This document shows positions 1-11,841 of a stretch of DNA of 64,000 nt, one piece after another. Each line of letters begins with the position of its first letter. The first letter of the stretch is position 1. The stretch is from Octopus sinensis (taxonomy: Eukaryota): contig NC_042998.1 in NCBI RefSeq assembly GCF_006345805.1, positions 57,598,001-57,662,000 of the forward strand, given 5' to 3'. The translations under genes and the position numbers were made by a program. The notes below the pieces were generated by a model. That model saw only the letters and a program-made list of their open reading frames with translations. It did no database searches and was not told where the DNA came from.

Positions 1-35
1 GCACTTGTGTACCTTTTTAAGAGTTCACTCTAATA

Positions 36-72
36 CAACCATGTTTTGACCTGCCTTGGTCTCATCAATGAT
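36..72 (-). ncRNA. Degenerate minimal hammerhead-like motif
   Basis: Minus strand reads TTGATGA-GACC-aaggca-GGTC-AAAA-CATG. Stem II is a perfect 4 bp, but C3 and G12 of the core are substituted and stems I and III are poor. Confidence 0.3.
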
Positions 73-712
73 GGACGTTCGACCGCAATATAATTTGTTC
101 TAAGAGAACATCCACGTTTAAATGGGGATAAATATTACCTCTCAATAATCTCTAATAAACTGTAAATATCTGGGTATCTATTGGGTCGTCTGATAATAAT
201 CTCATCGCATCTACTTAACTCACAAGCATATTCTACACAATGTCCCGCTCTGAAATAATCGGTTGTAGGGTGTTTATATTATGAACTCCGAACGAATGGA
301 CAATAAAGTCAGTAAGGATACGATTTGAAATCGCCGAGAATATCTATTAACGGTATATCTACCTTCTAGTTGTTGTTGATTAGCCTCAGTTCAGCCTTAA
401 TACAACTGCTTGGATGATCAAAATCGTTCCAGTAGTGACCACCTTATACCCCACTTTTTGTAGTCGTGGAGCATCTAAAAATACATTATTCGAAGTGTTT
501 TTCTTTCTTCAAAAACACTTTGAGTGAAATGTGACAGCTATTTCTAACTGACGGAATGACCACTTAGTCTCTTACGTTGTCTCTGCTGAATTAATAGTGT
601 AACGAATCATATAATCCGTTTAGCTGTAAGGTGCAGCACAGAAGACTTAGAATTCAAATAATATTAGTACAAACTAATTTTGTGGAGCTAAACCTCTCTC
701 TCCTTCTTTCTT

Positions 713-747
<35 letters not shown>

Positions 748-2446
748 AATAAGCACATCTTTCTACAACGGAATGAATCACGTGCATATTGCGTATTTAA
801 GTACATATGGCTGATGCCGCTGTTGTTGGTGCTGCAACTAGTGTTTTCATTGATACCGACGAAGAAGTTTCGATTAGTTGTCAGAGCTAGAAATAATAGC
901 CAACTTTCTTTCAAATTGAACTATATGGTCTCAAAAGAGAGGGGCGCATTGGATAATGGAGTACAAACATATATGTCTGAGGGAACGACAGTATGGTAAC
1001 GGATATATAAATAATATTTTATCAGCTAAACTAATCTAGAGCTAAACACTAGCAACAATAATACGGGTACATTGTTACTAAACTCTTCTGTCTAGATCTC
1101 ATGGACTAAGATATCTGGGACCTAAGCCTTTTCCCTTTGTCGCATCAATGAACTCTCACAAAACTTTGCTATGGAAGGTATTGAAGTAGTTGACTTCTAT
1201 TCCTTTTCATTGTACAAATGAATCTTCGTTCTGGTGATGCTGGAACAGGGTACTGCAATAACTTATAATTCAAAGGACTACGTACCCCATTATCCAAATA
1301 CTAAATATAAGAAGTACGCATAGGCTTAGCGAGAGGGACGCTATAAAACCACTTAAACATCTGGAAACCGCAGTCAAATTACTAATTACTGATTTGAGAT
1401 AAAATGGTACGTTGAATAATCGTATACATTTAGCTAGAAAATATAAAAGCCATAGTCGAGGCTGGAACACCTTTGATCGAAAATATTCTTTAATATGGCT
1501 TCTTTGGGGCTACACAACAACACTGGTGGGAGTTAGCGGTTAGATGTTTAGACTGGGATAATGTAATATATGAGATCTAACCCTGTTGAACCTTTATCAT
1601 AGCAGAAGCTACAAATAAGAGCAGATGCATCAAACACCTTCATTAATCAAATATCAGATAGAAGACATCAAAAGACATTCATGATGGTGTCTGACCTCAA
1701 CTAAGTAGAAGGAAATGATCACAGTAATAATTACAGTATTCATCACTTAAAGGTAGGATAATCTAATTACACTTACGTGTGAATGAATTTATCATCATCC
1801 TTTTATATAACTCATAAACACCTGAATACATCTTCACTTTTTATAGACATTTAAGTGAGGCAGGGTTTACTTTTATAGACATTTAAGTAATGTAGGTTTT
1901 ATTAACTTTGTTTAACTTCCTTGCTGTGGATTCACCTGTCATAATGTTGTTGTTACAATTAATAGTGCGTCCTTTCACATCAAAAGACAACTTGGTCCGT
2001 GGCTGCCAAAATCTAACATCTTTGACGTGCGCTGTGCCAGGTCTTGCGTGTTATTAAACAACATAAAACCAAAATGATTTGCCTGTGACTAAAAAAAAAC
2101 CTATAACCAAAATCGCAGCAGGGAGAGGTCGATATAAGCAGTGCGGGCTCTTACTGAGTGCCGAATAATCGATAAATGTTTTTTTGTACATGAAGTAAAG
2201 TCTTCAAAATATATTATAAATTGACATAAAAAAAAGAAGCATTCTCATTAAAAGACAATTGTAATTAAGAAATGCATTGTAGTTGATTGTTTCTTATAGA
2301 AGGAACTGGACATGAGGCGTGCTGTTATGAAATCTTAATTCAGTAATGAATAACATGTGCTTCAAAACGGTCTATGGCAGTTCCAGGATAGGGTAGCGGA
2401 GAAGTCAAAATGTAACATCTGTCCAAAGTAAATATATGTAACAATA

Positions 2447-2652
2447 ATTCTTTCTACTGTAGGCACAAAGTTTGAAATTTTGGGGAAGGAGGCTAGTCAG
2501 TTACATTCACTTCACAGCTCAGTTGGTATTTATTTTATCTATCCCGTGAGTCTAAAAGACAAAGACGACCTTGCCGGAATTTGAACTCAGAAAGCAAAGA
2601 CCCGGCAGAAATGCCGCTAAGCAGTTGTCTCACGATCTAACGAGTCTGCCGA
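2447..2652 (-). mobile_element. tRNA-derived SINE, family 2, degenerate
   Basis: Similar to copies at 9979, 39225, 42985 and 62450; B-box-like GAGTTCAAATTCC on the minus strand. Confidence 0.75.
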
Positions 2653-2662
2653 CTTGCTGTAT

Positions 2663-2666
2663 TAAC

Positions 2667-2762
<96 letters not shown>

Positions 2763-2841
2763 AACAACAACAACAACAAAAGCGACTACGACGACGAGAA
2801 TGATGATCATGATCATGATAATAGTAATAATAATAATAATG
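2663..2841. repeat. Compound trinucleotide microsatellite (CAC/CAA/GAC/GAT/AAT)
   Basis: Directly visible; source of the poly-N and poly-V ORFs. Confidence 0.95.
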
Positions 2842-2867
2842 CCAAAAATGCCAAAACAAAATGCCAC

Positions 2868-3772
2868 AGAACCGCTATTATTAGAAGTAAGGAGGTAAGG
2901 CTTGTGTAGTGATTTGTCTTTGCAAAAGATTGCAAAGACAAAGCACTATACAAGAAATTGAAAACGAATGATACTGAAAATAGGTGGGTAAAGAAAAGAA
3001 TGCATGGTCAGACAGATAAAAAAAGATGGCTCTGGATGACTACAAGTGATTTAAACCCGGAAACGGAGGCTCTAATCTGTGCTGCCCAAGGGCAAGCACT
3101 AAGAAGAAACTACATAAAATATAGAATAGACAACTTAGCAGAATGTGATAAGTGCAGAATCTGTGGACAAAACGGTGAAACCGTATAGAATATTACCAGC
3201 CAATGTACTCCACTAGCCTAGAAGAAATATGTCACGACAATATAGCCAGGCTTGTCCATTGGACACTTTGCAGCAGAGCAAAAAATTGGTACGACCACAA
3301 ACCTGAAGGCATTGTCGAAAATAGAAATATAAAGATCTTATTTTATGATTCAGAGCAACCATGAGATTGAGAATAGGAAGCCGGACATAGTATTAATTGA
3401 GAAAGAAAACAGACTATGCTGGATCATAGATATAGCACGCCCAGCTGACAACAATGTATGCGATAAGGAAGAAAGAAAAGTGGAGAGATATGACAGGTTA
3501 GCTTGGGAAGTTAAGCAGTTGTGGTTGATGAAAAAGGTAGCAGTAGTACCAATGGTTGTCGGAGTCCTGGGAACAGTGAGCAGAAATATCGAGAAGTACG
3601 TGGAACAAATAGGGGCTGCAATACGTGTGGAGCACTTGCAGAAAACAGCACTGCTTGTAACCGCTCGAATACTCCGGAAAGTGCTCGAAAAATAAGAGGT
3701 GTTACCTTAGTTCACTGGTAGTGAACAGCTGACACAGTAATACATCTCCAGCGTTAGAAGCTGTGCAAAGGC
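2868..3772 (+). mobile_element. R4/Dong-type non-LTR retrotransposon, 3' fragment (same subfamily as 26886-29597)
   Basis: Zn knuckle CRICGQNGETV and restriction-like endonuclease motif RKPDIV...IIDIARPAD...KEERKVERY; stops and frameshifts; (AAT)n on both sides. Confidence 0.9.
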
Positions 3773-3776
3773 AATA

Positions 3777-3852
<76 letters not shown>

Positions 3853-3853
<1 letters not shown>

Positions 3854-4511
3854 GACATGACGGAGTTGGCCAATATCTACACTGGCTAATAAGCCGGCAT
3901 TACAATATGAAAACTGCCGACAAGTGGTATAATCACCACCCTGAGGCTGTAACTGAAGGAGAAAATGTAACCATTCTGTGGGACTTTCCAGTACATACAG
4001 ACCGAACTATCAAGGCCAATAAACCAGATATTATTGTGAAAGACCAAAACAATAACGTTTGCTTATTGATCGACATGAGCATCCCCTGTGATCATAATAT
4101 CTCAGCGAAAGAATTTGACAAGCTCAGAAAATATAAAGACCTACTTATTGAAATTGAGAAAATATGGCATCTCAATGCGGTTACAATACCAGTGATCGTA
4201 GGAGCACTAGGAATGATCAAGAAGGGAACCGAAAATTATATGAGAATGATCCCTGGCTTACCATCCCTGCAAGAAGTGCAAAAGATTGTCTTAACTGGTA
4301 CATCACACGTATTGAGAAGAGCATTGTCGATGTGAGAACTGTTGCTGCTCATGTATTTTAATTTAACTAAAAAAAAAAAAAAAAAAAAAAATTAACGAAC
4401 TACTGAGTTTGGTATAATGGCCTACCAATGTATACTATGAGTTTCTTTGCCCTAGGAGTCGGGAAGACACTCGGCAAGAAATGGAAGCAAATTTGAAAGA
4501 AGAAAAAAAAA

Positions 4512-4513
<2 letters not shown>
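3853..4513 (+). mobile_element. R4/Dong-type retrotransposon, 3' fragment (second subfamily)
   Basis: ORF 3907-4335 has WDFPVHTDRTIKANKPDIIV...LLIDMSIPCD...EFDKLRKY (PD-D/ExK-type nuclease); lies in the (AAT)n tail of the preceding copy and has its own (AAT)n tail. Confidence 0.9.
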
Positions 4514-4543
<30 letters not shown>

Positions 4544-4995
4544 CGTTTTTTACGTAACCTTCTACTATATCGCAGCCATGAAACATTAATTAGAGTAGAC
4601 GCAACGGTAAAAATATCTTGTATTTTAGTTCAACGGCGGAACCGTTCATCATTCGCTTGAACGTCACGAAAAAGCAACACAGATTTTAGAAGATGGCATT
4701 CTCAAAACAGAAGCGCCTTTGATCATAATTTTGATGGGTCAGGAACAATCTCAAGCTCAACAAGAACAGCTGTAACAATAATAATAGCAAGTATCATTTC
4801 AATAAGATTATTTCAGCAGTATCCAAACATGGCGATTCTTACTAGCGATATGTTGCAGAGGTGTTATTAGTGTCATGCTTGAAAAGAAAAAGAACAAGAT
4901 GACCGAGTCCTTCATGAGAAACAAAGAAGCAAGTAAAAAGAGAAGGGTGGTGGAAAGTGCAAGAGAGAAAAAGGCAATACATATTTTCATATCTG

Positions 4996-5044
<49 letters not shown>

Positions 5045-5045
5045 C

Positions 5046-5410
5046 GCGAGAAAGAAGCAACAAGAATGGATAGGTATTTAGTACGATCGTTTCATACAAG
5101 GACAGGTTTTATTAAAAGTTGCAAAGATTACAGCATATAAACGAGTCCCGTACTCATCAGCTAAAATACATGTAAGTTCTCTAGACATCCTAGTGTTTGA
5201 GGCTATACTCATGAAGTAATGTAGATAATTAAACAGATTTCTAAAGTTCATTAAAGTTCTTTAAAGATGATGTACAGTCTTATCACAGAATTTTAAAAAA
5301 GTTTTGATAGCATCACAGAGAAGGTGACCTAATCCATATGAATTTCCATAGATATGATGAGGGATTATATACTCACAGAAGACAAATTTATCCATTGTTA
5401 ATTGTTAATT
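5046..5410. repeat. Left arm of perfect 365-bp inverted repeat (partner 7176-7540)
   Basis: Base-by-base comparison with the reverse complement of 7176-7540 showed no mismatch. Confidence 0.97.
5074..5169 (-). ncRNA. Type I hammerhead ribozyme (inverted copy of 7417-7512)
   Basis: Exact reverse complement of the 7417-7512 motif. Confidence 0.8.
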
Positions 5411-5415
5411 GTTAA

Positions 5416-5961
5416 GGATCAATAAATAATAACAATATTTTAGATATCAGCACCAACTATAGAAATAATAATCAAAATAATAGGAACCTTAAACATCTAC
5501 CCAGGAATAATCCAAGGCCTGAAGTTGTTCCTCCTGTGTGTAAGTGTAGAATAAAATCAAAATGCCCGGCACCTGGTCTATGTAGGGAAAATAATGTAAT
5601 CTATAAATGTACCATATCCACGGAGAATAACAAATATTTTTACATTGGCTGTACAATTAATTTTTTAGGCAGAGTTAGAAATCACATCTCGACTTTTAAA
5701 TTACGTCATAAAGCTGGTACCACCACACTTTCAAACAAAATCTGGGAACTCAAAAATAATAATAAAAATTATACCCTTAATTGGGAAATAGTTAGGAGAG
5801 CAATTCCGTATAAAAATAGTAGGGTTGGTTGTCAACTATGCTCCATGGAGACGTACGAAATTCTAAAGCATAGTAAACATAGAAACTTATTGAATAACCA
5901 TATCGAACTAGGTCAAGTTTGTGTCCACGCTAAATTGAAGACTTTAAAATATTTTAAATGA
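5416..5961 (+). pseudogene. GIY-YIG endonuclease domain, C-terminus of a PLE ORF (RT portion lost)
   Basis: CxCxxxxxCPxxGxC, VIY...YIG, RxxNH, CxLC, ExxxI, LLN and CxH motifs. The frame is open from 5416, just after the inversion junction, with no ATG upstream of the domain. Confidence 0.88.
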
Positions 5962-7175
5962 TTGGAATATTCATAACTAGATAGATAGATATAACTTGAT
6001 TTCTACTAGTATAGCACTGCTTTAAGTAGATAACTAAGAGTTCTCACATTACAGTTATCTTTATCTTTTTCCTTATATCTGCATCAGTTTTTTGAGAACA
6101 GGGAAATGAATAGTACTTATTCGCTACTTAATTGAGGCTTTATTTAATTTCAAACTCACAATTTTTAAATTCTTAATTTTAAATCTTAATTGTAATATTT
6201 AATTTTAATTCCTAACTAATCTAATTTAAATAGCATAACTCTAATAAATTATAATTAGTTACTGTAGCCCCATAATTCTATTTCATAATTAAATAAATAA
6301 GGCTATTCCCTCGGTGATAATATGATTATCTTCTTTATGATAGACAATCCCCTAACACCTTGTAAATGATCTTATAAGATTTGACCTGTAGTCAGTCAAT
6401 GTATGAATAATAACGACAACTCCTTAAGACAATAAAATGAATAAATTAAATAAGTAAATTTTTAATGACTTTTTGATAAGATTATACTTAGATTTTCCTA
6501 ATGTATTTTCTGGTGATTTTAGCATCTGACCCCTTACCCCTGACTGTGTTATCTCTTTAGATTCTCTTTAAACTCATAGCTGATTTCAACAGCAATAAAT
6601 TAACGGTTTACTGGTCAAAGAATAATATTCTCCTCTAGTTCCTAGATGCCTGTTGATTAAAACCAGACTTACAGTCTACGAACTCTTCTGTATAACTAGA
6701 ACCCTCTTTTTTTCTTTTTCTTCTTTTTTTTTTTTCCCTTCTTTCCCTATTTCTTTCTCTTTTCTCTTTTTTCTTTTTCTTCTTCTTATTCTCTGTTTCC
6801 TTTTCTCTTCTCTTTTAGTCCCCCTTCCCCCCCCCCCCCTTTTTGCTCCCTCCTCCATTATTTTCTCTCTTTTCTTCTATTCCCTTCTCTATTCTTGGCC
6901 GATCTAGTAAGCCCTTCAACCTTTAAGAGTTAAATAGCTACAGCCTCTTGTGAATAGCAGTAATGTGATTAATGTGGCAAACACCTAATCATATAACAAG
7001 GATACCTACCTCATTGTGTTCAACCATTGTAAAATTTATCGCCTGTGAATATGAAATTCATCTCCATTTCTCTGGAAATTTACATCTACACCATTGGAAT
7101 CTGTGCATATATACAAAGGATTAATTCACCCTCTCTGTAATGCTAATAAGCAGGAATTGAGACCCACCTCGTTGT

Positions 7176-7540
7176 AATTAACAATTAACAATGGATAAAT
7201 TTGTCTTCTGTGAGTATATAATCCCTCATCATATCTATGGAAATTCATATGGATTAGGTCACCTTCTCTGTGATGCTATCAAAACTTTTTTAAAATTCTG
7301 TGATAAGACTGTACATCATCTTTAAAGAACTTTAATGAACTTTAGAAATCTGTTTAATTATCTACATTACTTCATGAGTATAGCCTCAAACACTAGGATG
7401 TCTAGAGAACTTACATGTATTTTAGCTGATGAGTACGGGACTCGTTTATATGCTGTAATCTTTGCAACTTTTAATAAAACCTGTCCTTGTATGAAACGAT
7501 CGTACTAAATACCTATCCATTCTTGTTGCTTCTTTCTCGC
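7176..7540. repeat. Right arm of perfect 365-bp inverted repeat
   Basis: Reverse complement of 5046-5410. Confidence 0.97.
7417..7512 (+). ncRNA. Type I hammerhead ribozyme
   Basis: Stem I GTATTTTAG/CTAAATAC; core CTGATGA 7426-7432; stem II GTACGGGAC/GTCCTTGTAT; GAAA 7493-7496; palindromic stem III ACGATCGT; GUA site, predicted cleavage after 7504. Confidence 0.8.
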
Positions 7541-7677
7541 TTATAATCACCCCACATTACTGTATTGTTAAATCAGTATAGTTTTTTTTGGTGCATCTAA
7601 GTTAGGTACCATATTCAAGTAAATTTTTTAAAATTAACTTGAATCTTTATTGCTCTTTGTATATATATATATATATA

Positions 7678-7850
7678 GGCGAAGGAGTGGCTGTGTGGTT
7701 AGTAGCTTGCTTACCAACCACATGGTTCTGGGTTCAGTCCCACTGCGTGGCACCTAGGGCAAGTGTCTTCTGCTGTAGCCTCGGGCCGACCAAAGCCTTG
7801 TGAGGGGATTTGCTAGACGGAAACTGAAAGAAGCCCGTCGTATATATGTA

Positions 7851-7891
<41 letters not shown>

Positions 7892-8096
7892 ATGTCTATG
7901 TTTGTGTGTCTGTGTTTGTCCCCCCCAACATCGCTTGACAACCGATGCTGGTGTGTTTACGTCCCCGTGACTTAGCGGTTCGACACCGACAGAATAAGTA
8001 CTAGGCTTACAAAGAATAAGTCCTGGAGTTGATTTGCTCGACTAAAGGCAGTGCTCCAGCATGGCCACAGTCAAATGACTGAAACAAGTAAAAGAG
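7678..8096 (+). mobile_element. Near full-length tRNA-derived SINE, family 1 (central TA/TG microsatellite)
   Basis: A-box-like GTGGCTGTGTGG and B-box-like GGTTCAGTCC head; homologous copies at 11590, 46590 and 60254. Confidence 0.9.
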
Positions 8097-8244
8097 TATA
8101 TATATATATATATATTTGGAGAGAAAGAGAGAGAGGGAGAGAGAGAGAGAAAGAAAGAAATAGAGAGAGAAATAAAGCGTGTAAAGTATTTTGTTGCTTC
8201 ATCTAAAATGAATTGTGCAAAAGGAACAAGTAACATTCAGAATG

Positions 8245-8336
<92 letters not shown>

Positions 8337-9978
8337 TATATATTTATAGCTAAAACGATGAGAAACTCAAAAGTATGCAGTGAATAGCCATATATATAAT
8401 ATAGCTCATCTCCAACAGTATTATGTTTCTTTTAGTCATGTGTGTATAGGCGCATACGACCCCGTGATACTTTCATCAAGTGGAGAACAAGGAGAATTCT
8501 CAACGTCTATTTGTTTTGTCTAATTTTGGTTTCTTCACCATCAAAGCATAGAAGCTGAAATATCAAGAACAAAAATACTTTCAATTTGTTATGCAAATAA
8601 TTTACAAGGCTTCGCGGATTTCTTCTAAATTAACATTAAAAATACAATTTGAAGAAACTAAGCTTGCGTAAGCGCCCAATAATATAAAGAACTTGTGTCC
8701 GTGCATCAACACACGTCTATTTAGGTATGTATATTTATGTGTACACGTACATGAATATACACACACATACAAGGACGTCAATTCATATATAAATATATAT
8801 ATATATGCAGACACGCACATTCACATATTCCTTTTTAGATTTTAAAACAACCCACATTATTGGTTTTGGAAAATTATTGATTTGTAATATGCTACATATT
8901 ACTAATCAAAAGTTTTAATTCAAAAAGTTTTAACTAGAAAACTGTTTACATTTTTTGTTACCATTATCAAATATTTTGAAGTTCATAAAGAAATATTTAT
9001 CAAAAACAAATATCTCTACTACCAATCCATGAAAAGAATACAACGGCTGTTAAAAATATAACAAAATAATTGTGATCGATTTCGAATAATATTTATAAAA
9101 AATCTTTCCCTGTTGCAATTAGTTATACGCATATGTAACGGTGTGTGTGTGTGTGTATGTGTGTAACTCTTAAGTACTAAACATATTAAAGAAGATAAAG
9201 GCGGGGGGGATCTCGTGAGAAATTTCCCAGGGATTCCTTCTGCTTGATAGAGATGTAGTTAAGTGCAGTGTTAACGCACTGGCTGTAATGAACGGAAAGT
9301 AATTTTACTTCCTTAATTTTGCACCTGTTATCAGGATTAAAAAAAAATCATTATTGTATTGATTAATTTTGGTAAAGAAATAGAAAAGAACCAATCTGAA
9401 ATTCACATTAGGCGAATATCGAATGGGTGAATGCAATAAAGAATAAGTCTAATATTTGGCAAGTATAATGATAACATTTGATATGTTTCAAATTTATTAC
9501 ATGTTTTCAGAAAAAAAAGTCATTGCCGTAAGCAAATCATCCATTCATGTCTATATAAGCTAGCGAGCTATGTAGGATGCATTCATCTCAACTTTCTTAG
9601 AATAGGAGCTTCGTTCGTTTTGGTATAACATAAGAAATGGCTGTATCTTTTGCATACTTCCATCTTTGTACTAAAATCCTACTCGTTGATACTTTTACCC
9701 ACTCAGAGAAATATGAACATACCCACAGACACTCCTATATAGATAATGCCACTGTTCCGTGTAACATAATCAACGGTAACGTTGACACGTTCCACAGGCT
9801 ACAGTATCCGTCTTCTTCGTTTGACTTTGACAAAGGATCTCTATAAGAACAAATTTGCTGGATCTTAGAACAAATATGTTTGAATCTCTCTGCCATGGCC
9901 GGAAATATCTTACGCCTGAGAGTATCTTGTATCACTATAAGACCACCATTCCGTCTTGCTATGAATATTGATTTAAAT

Positions 9979-10173
9979 TTTGGCACAAGGCCTGTAATTT
10001 CGGGGAAGGGGCTAGTCGATTACATCGACCCCGCTGCCCAACTGGTACTTACTTTAGCGACCCCCAAAAGATAAACTGCAAAGTCGACCTCAGTGAAATT
10101 TGAACTTAGAACGTAGAGATGCTGCTAAGCATTTTACCCGACGTGATAACGGTTCTGCCAGCTCGCCGTCTTA
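9979..10173 (-). mobile_element. SINE family 2
   Basis: Homology to 42985-43195 and 39225-39385. Confidence 0.85.
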
Positions 10174-10179
10174 CCTTGC

Positions 10180-10570
10180 TTTGAATATTGCCGTTATCTT
10201 TGAACTGGTGCTGCCTCTGAATATCTTAACTTGCTTCATCAAATTCAGAACCAAGTCGTCAACATAGTGGACCCTGATATTTTTACTAGGTTGAAGTTTT
10301 TGGCTCATCGTCGAAATGTATCTTCGTTGTCTTCTAAAAATATTTCTATCCTATTGCTCTGAGGAAATTTCTGATCTAGTAGTTTCAGTCAATATCTTTA
10401 AATGTACTATCCGCTTCTCTTCCCAGGCTCATCGTTTCCTATTAGTCACAAGTCCTTTTCTTCTGATAGCTTCTTCCCTCGACATGTTCCTCCCTGGAAC
10501 TCATTACCGACGTCTTGTTTTCTTCTGGACAGTGATATCAAACCTTTAAGCTTTCTGTAAATCATCTTTT
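10180..10570 (+). mobile_element. CR1-type LINE, degenerate 3' end
   Basis: Translates as LEYC...LLHQIQ...LAHRRNVSSLS...SFFPR...WNSLP, the typical CR1 C-terminus. Confidence 0.7.
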
Positions 10571-10959
10571 GAATGCGTAAGCCCATTCTTTTCCTGCTTT
10601 GTAGTCCTTTACTCTACAATGGATTCAAGCCTTGTTTGGAAGAAAATGTAATAAAACAACACATACGCGAGTACAAGCAGCTTAGAGCTTAGAGCTTAGG
10701 CTTACTTTAAACAGAGACTTTAAAAACATATTTCAATGGGAATATTGCAACACTGTCTCTCGCAATATCACCAATACACAATCAATGTAGACAAGTAAAC
10801 AGTTTAAGACTAGACCCAACCGTTGCATAAACAATCTAAATTCGTTATACGAGTAAATGCAGTCTCACCATGTCCGATAATGGTCTCCTCATTTATGTAA
10901 CATTTCAATGAATAAACTTCTGGCAAAGAAAAGCCTTGTTTTCTGAGTAGCTGCTAAAA

Positions 10960-11320
10960 CTATAAGATTCAAGTATACTCTGCACTAAGGTATTGCTTAC
11001 TGATCCGGGACGGCACTGCTCGCTGCTCACATCAAGATCATGTCTTAAAACTAAGAAAAAATTTTATGTCCGATTGATAATGATTTATAAAGAACCTTCA
11101 ATTCTACTACCTCTAGCCAAAAAATCTGCTGGCCTTTCTATCTGTATTTTTCTACAACTACTCCAATTGTTTTATGACTAGCAAGTTGCATATACCTCCA
11201 TCCAAGCTCACATAGTGTACAATCCGTTACCCCAAAACAACGATCCTCTAGAGGTTCTTTCCTGGCGCTATATTTCCTACAGCAATTCTATTGTTTTGAG
11301 AGAAACAGTTTGGTAGGTCC
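10960..11320 (+). mobile_element. CR1-type LINE, highly degenerate 3' end
   Basis: VRLI...PSILLPLAKKSAGLSICIF resembles CR1 RLIxxPxLxxxLxPLxHRRxVxSLSxFY. Confidence 0.45.
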
Positions 11321-11589
11321 TGCAAATAGAAAAGATACTATTTTTCACGATCTCCTATGGTGAATAAATTGTGATTTGGATAGGTAACTGGTGTAGTTAT
11401 GGGAATGAATCTTGGTATGCTAGTGCAATTGATATTATTTTATATCGATCCTAGATCTTACACCATTGGAGGAGGAGAGAAAATAATAAAAGTCATCTAG
11501 TATTCTCTGCCATTTCTATCATTAAACGTTCCATCAGCCAACGTGGTGGCCTTCACGTATTCACTCGATCTGGTAGGTATATTCTTTTA

Positions 11590-11841
11590 TTCTTTTATTA
11601 TTTGTTTCAGTCAGGTGACTGCGGCCATGCTGGAGCACCACCTTGAAGTGTTTTAGTCGAGCAAATAAACCACAAGGCTTACTTTTAAGCCTAGCACTTA
11701 TTTTATCAGTCTATTTTGCCGGGGACGTGAATACACCAACGCCGGTTGTCAAGCGAAGATAGAAGGACAAACACAGTGGGACTGAATCCGGAACCATGTG
11801 GTTGGGAAGCAAACTTCTTACCACACAGCCACGCCTGCGCT
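11590..11841 (-). mobile_element. SINE family 1, internally deleted
   Basis: Reverse-complement homology to the head and tail of 7678-8096. Confidence 0.85.

Larger units (their letters stand above)
5045..7659 (+). mobile_element. Penelope-like element (PLE), 5'-truncated with inverted terminal segment, inserted in (TA)n
   Basis: GIY-YIG frame, perfect 365-bp inverted repeats each with a hammerhead, and (TA)n runs on both flanks (about 4996-5044 and 7660-7677). Confidence 0.85.

Noticed and set aside
1838-1890. Short tandem duplications (also 11910-11945)
   Set aside because: 20-32-nt slippage duplications, common and uninformative.
1930-2060. Segment open in several frames on both strands
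   Set aside because: No motif recognised and splice sites inconsistent; cannot be supported as an exon.
5416-5961. Bacterial or organellar homing endonuclease, or a Naiad/Chlamys-type N-terminal endonuclease
   Set aside because: The domain ends at the stop codon (C-terminal position), and the flanking inverted repeats with hammerheads in (TA)n fit a C-terminal-EN Penelope-like element.
7678-7760. tRNA genes at SINE heads
   Set aside because: They have A/B-box-like motifs but no complete cloverleaf, and continue into SINE bodies.
9723-9840. Minus-strand exon-like segment (ttgttcttatAG ... GG-GTATGT)
   Set aside because: Stops in all three frames, no recognisable protein and no partner exons.
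10681-10704. (CTTAGAG)3-like run resembling a telomere variant
   Set aside because: Only about three imperfect units and not TTAGGG; compatible with local slippage.
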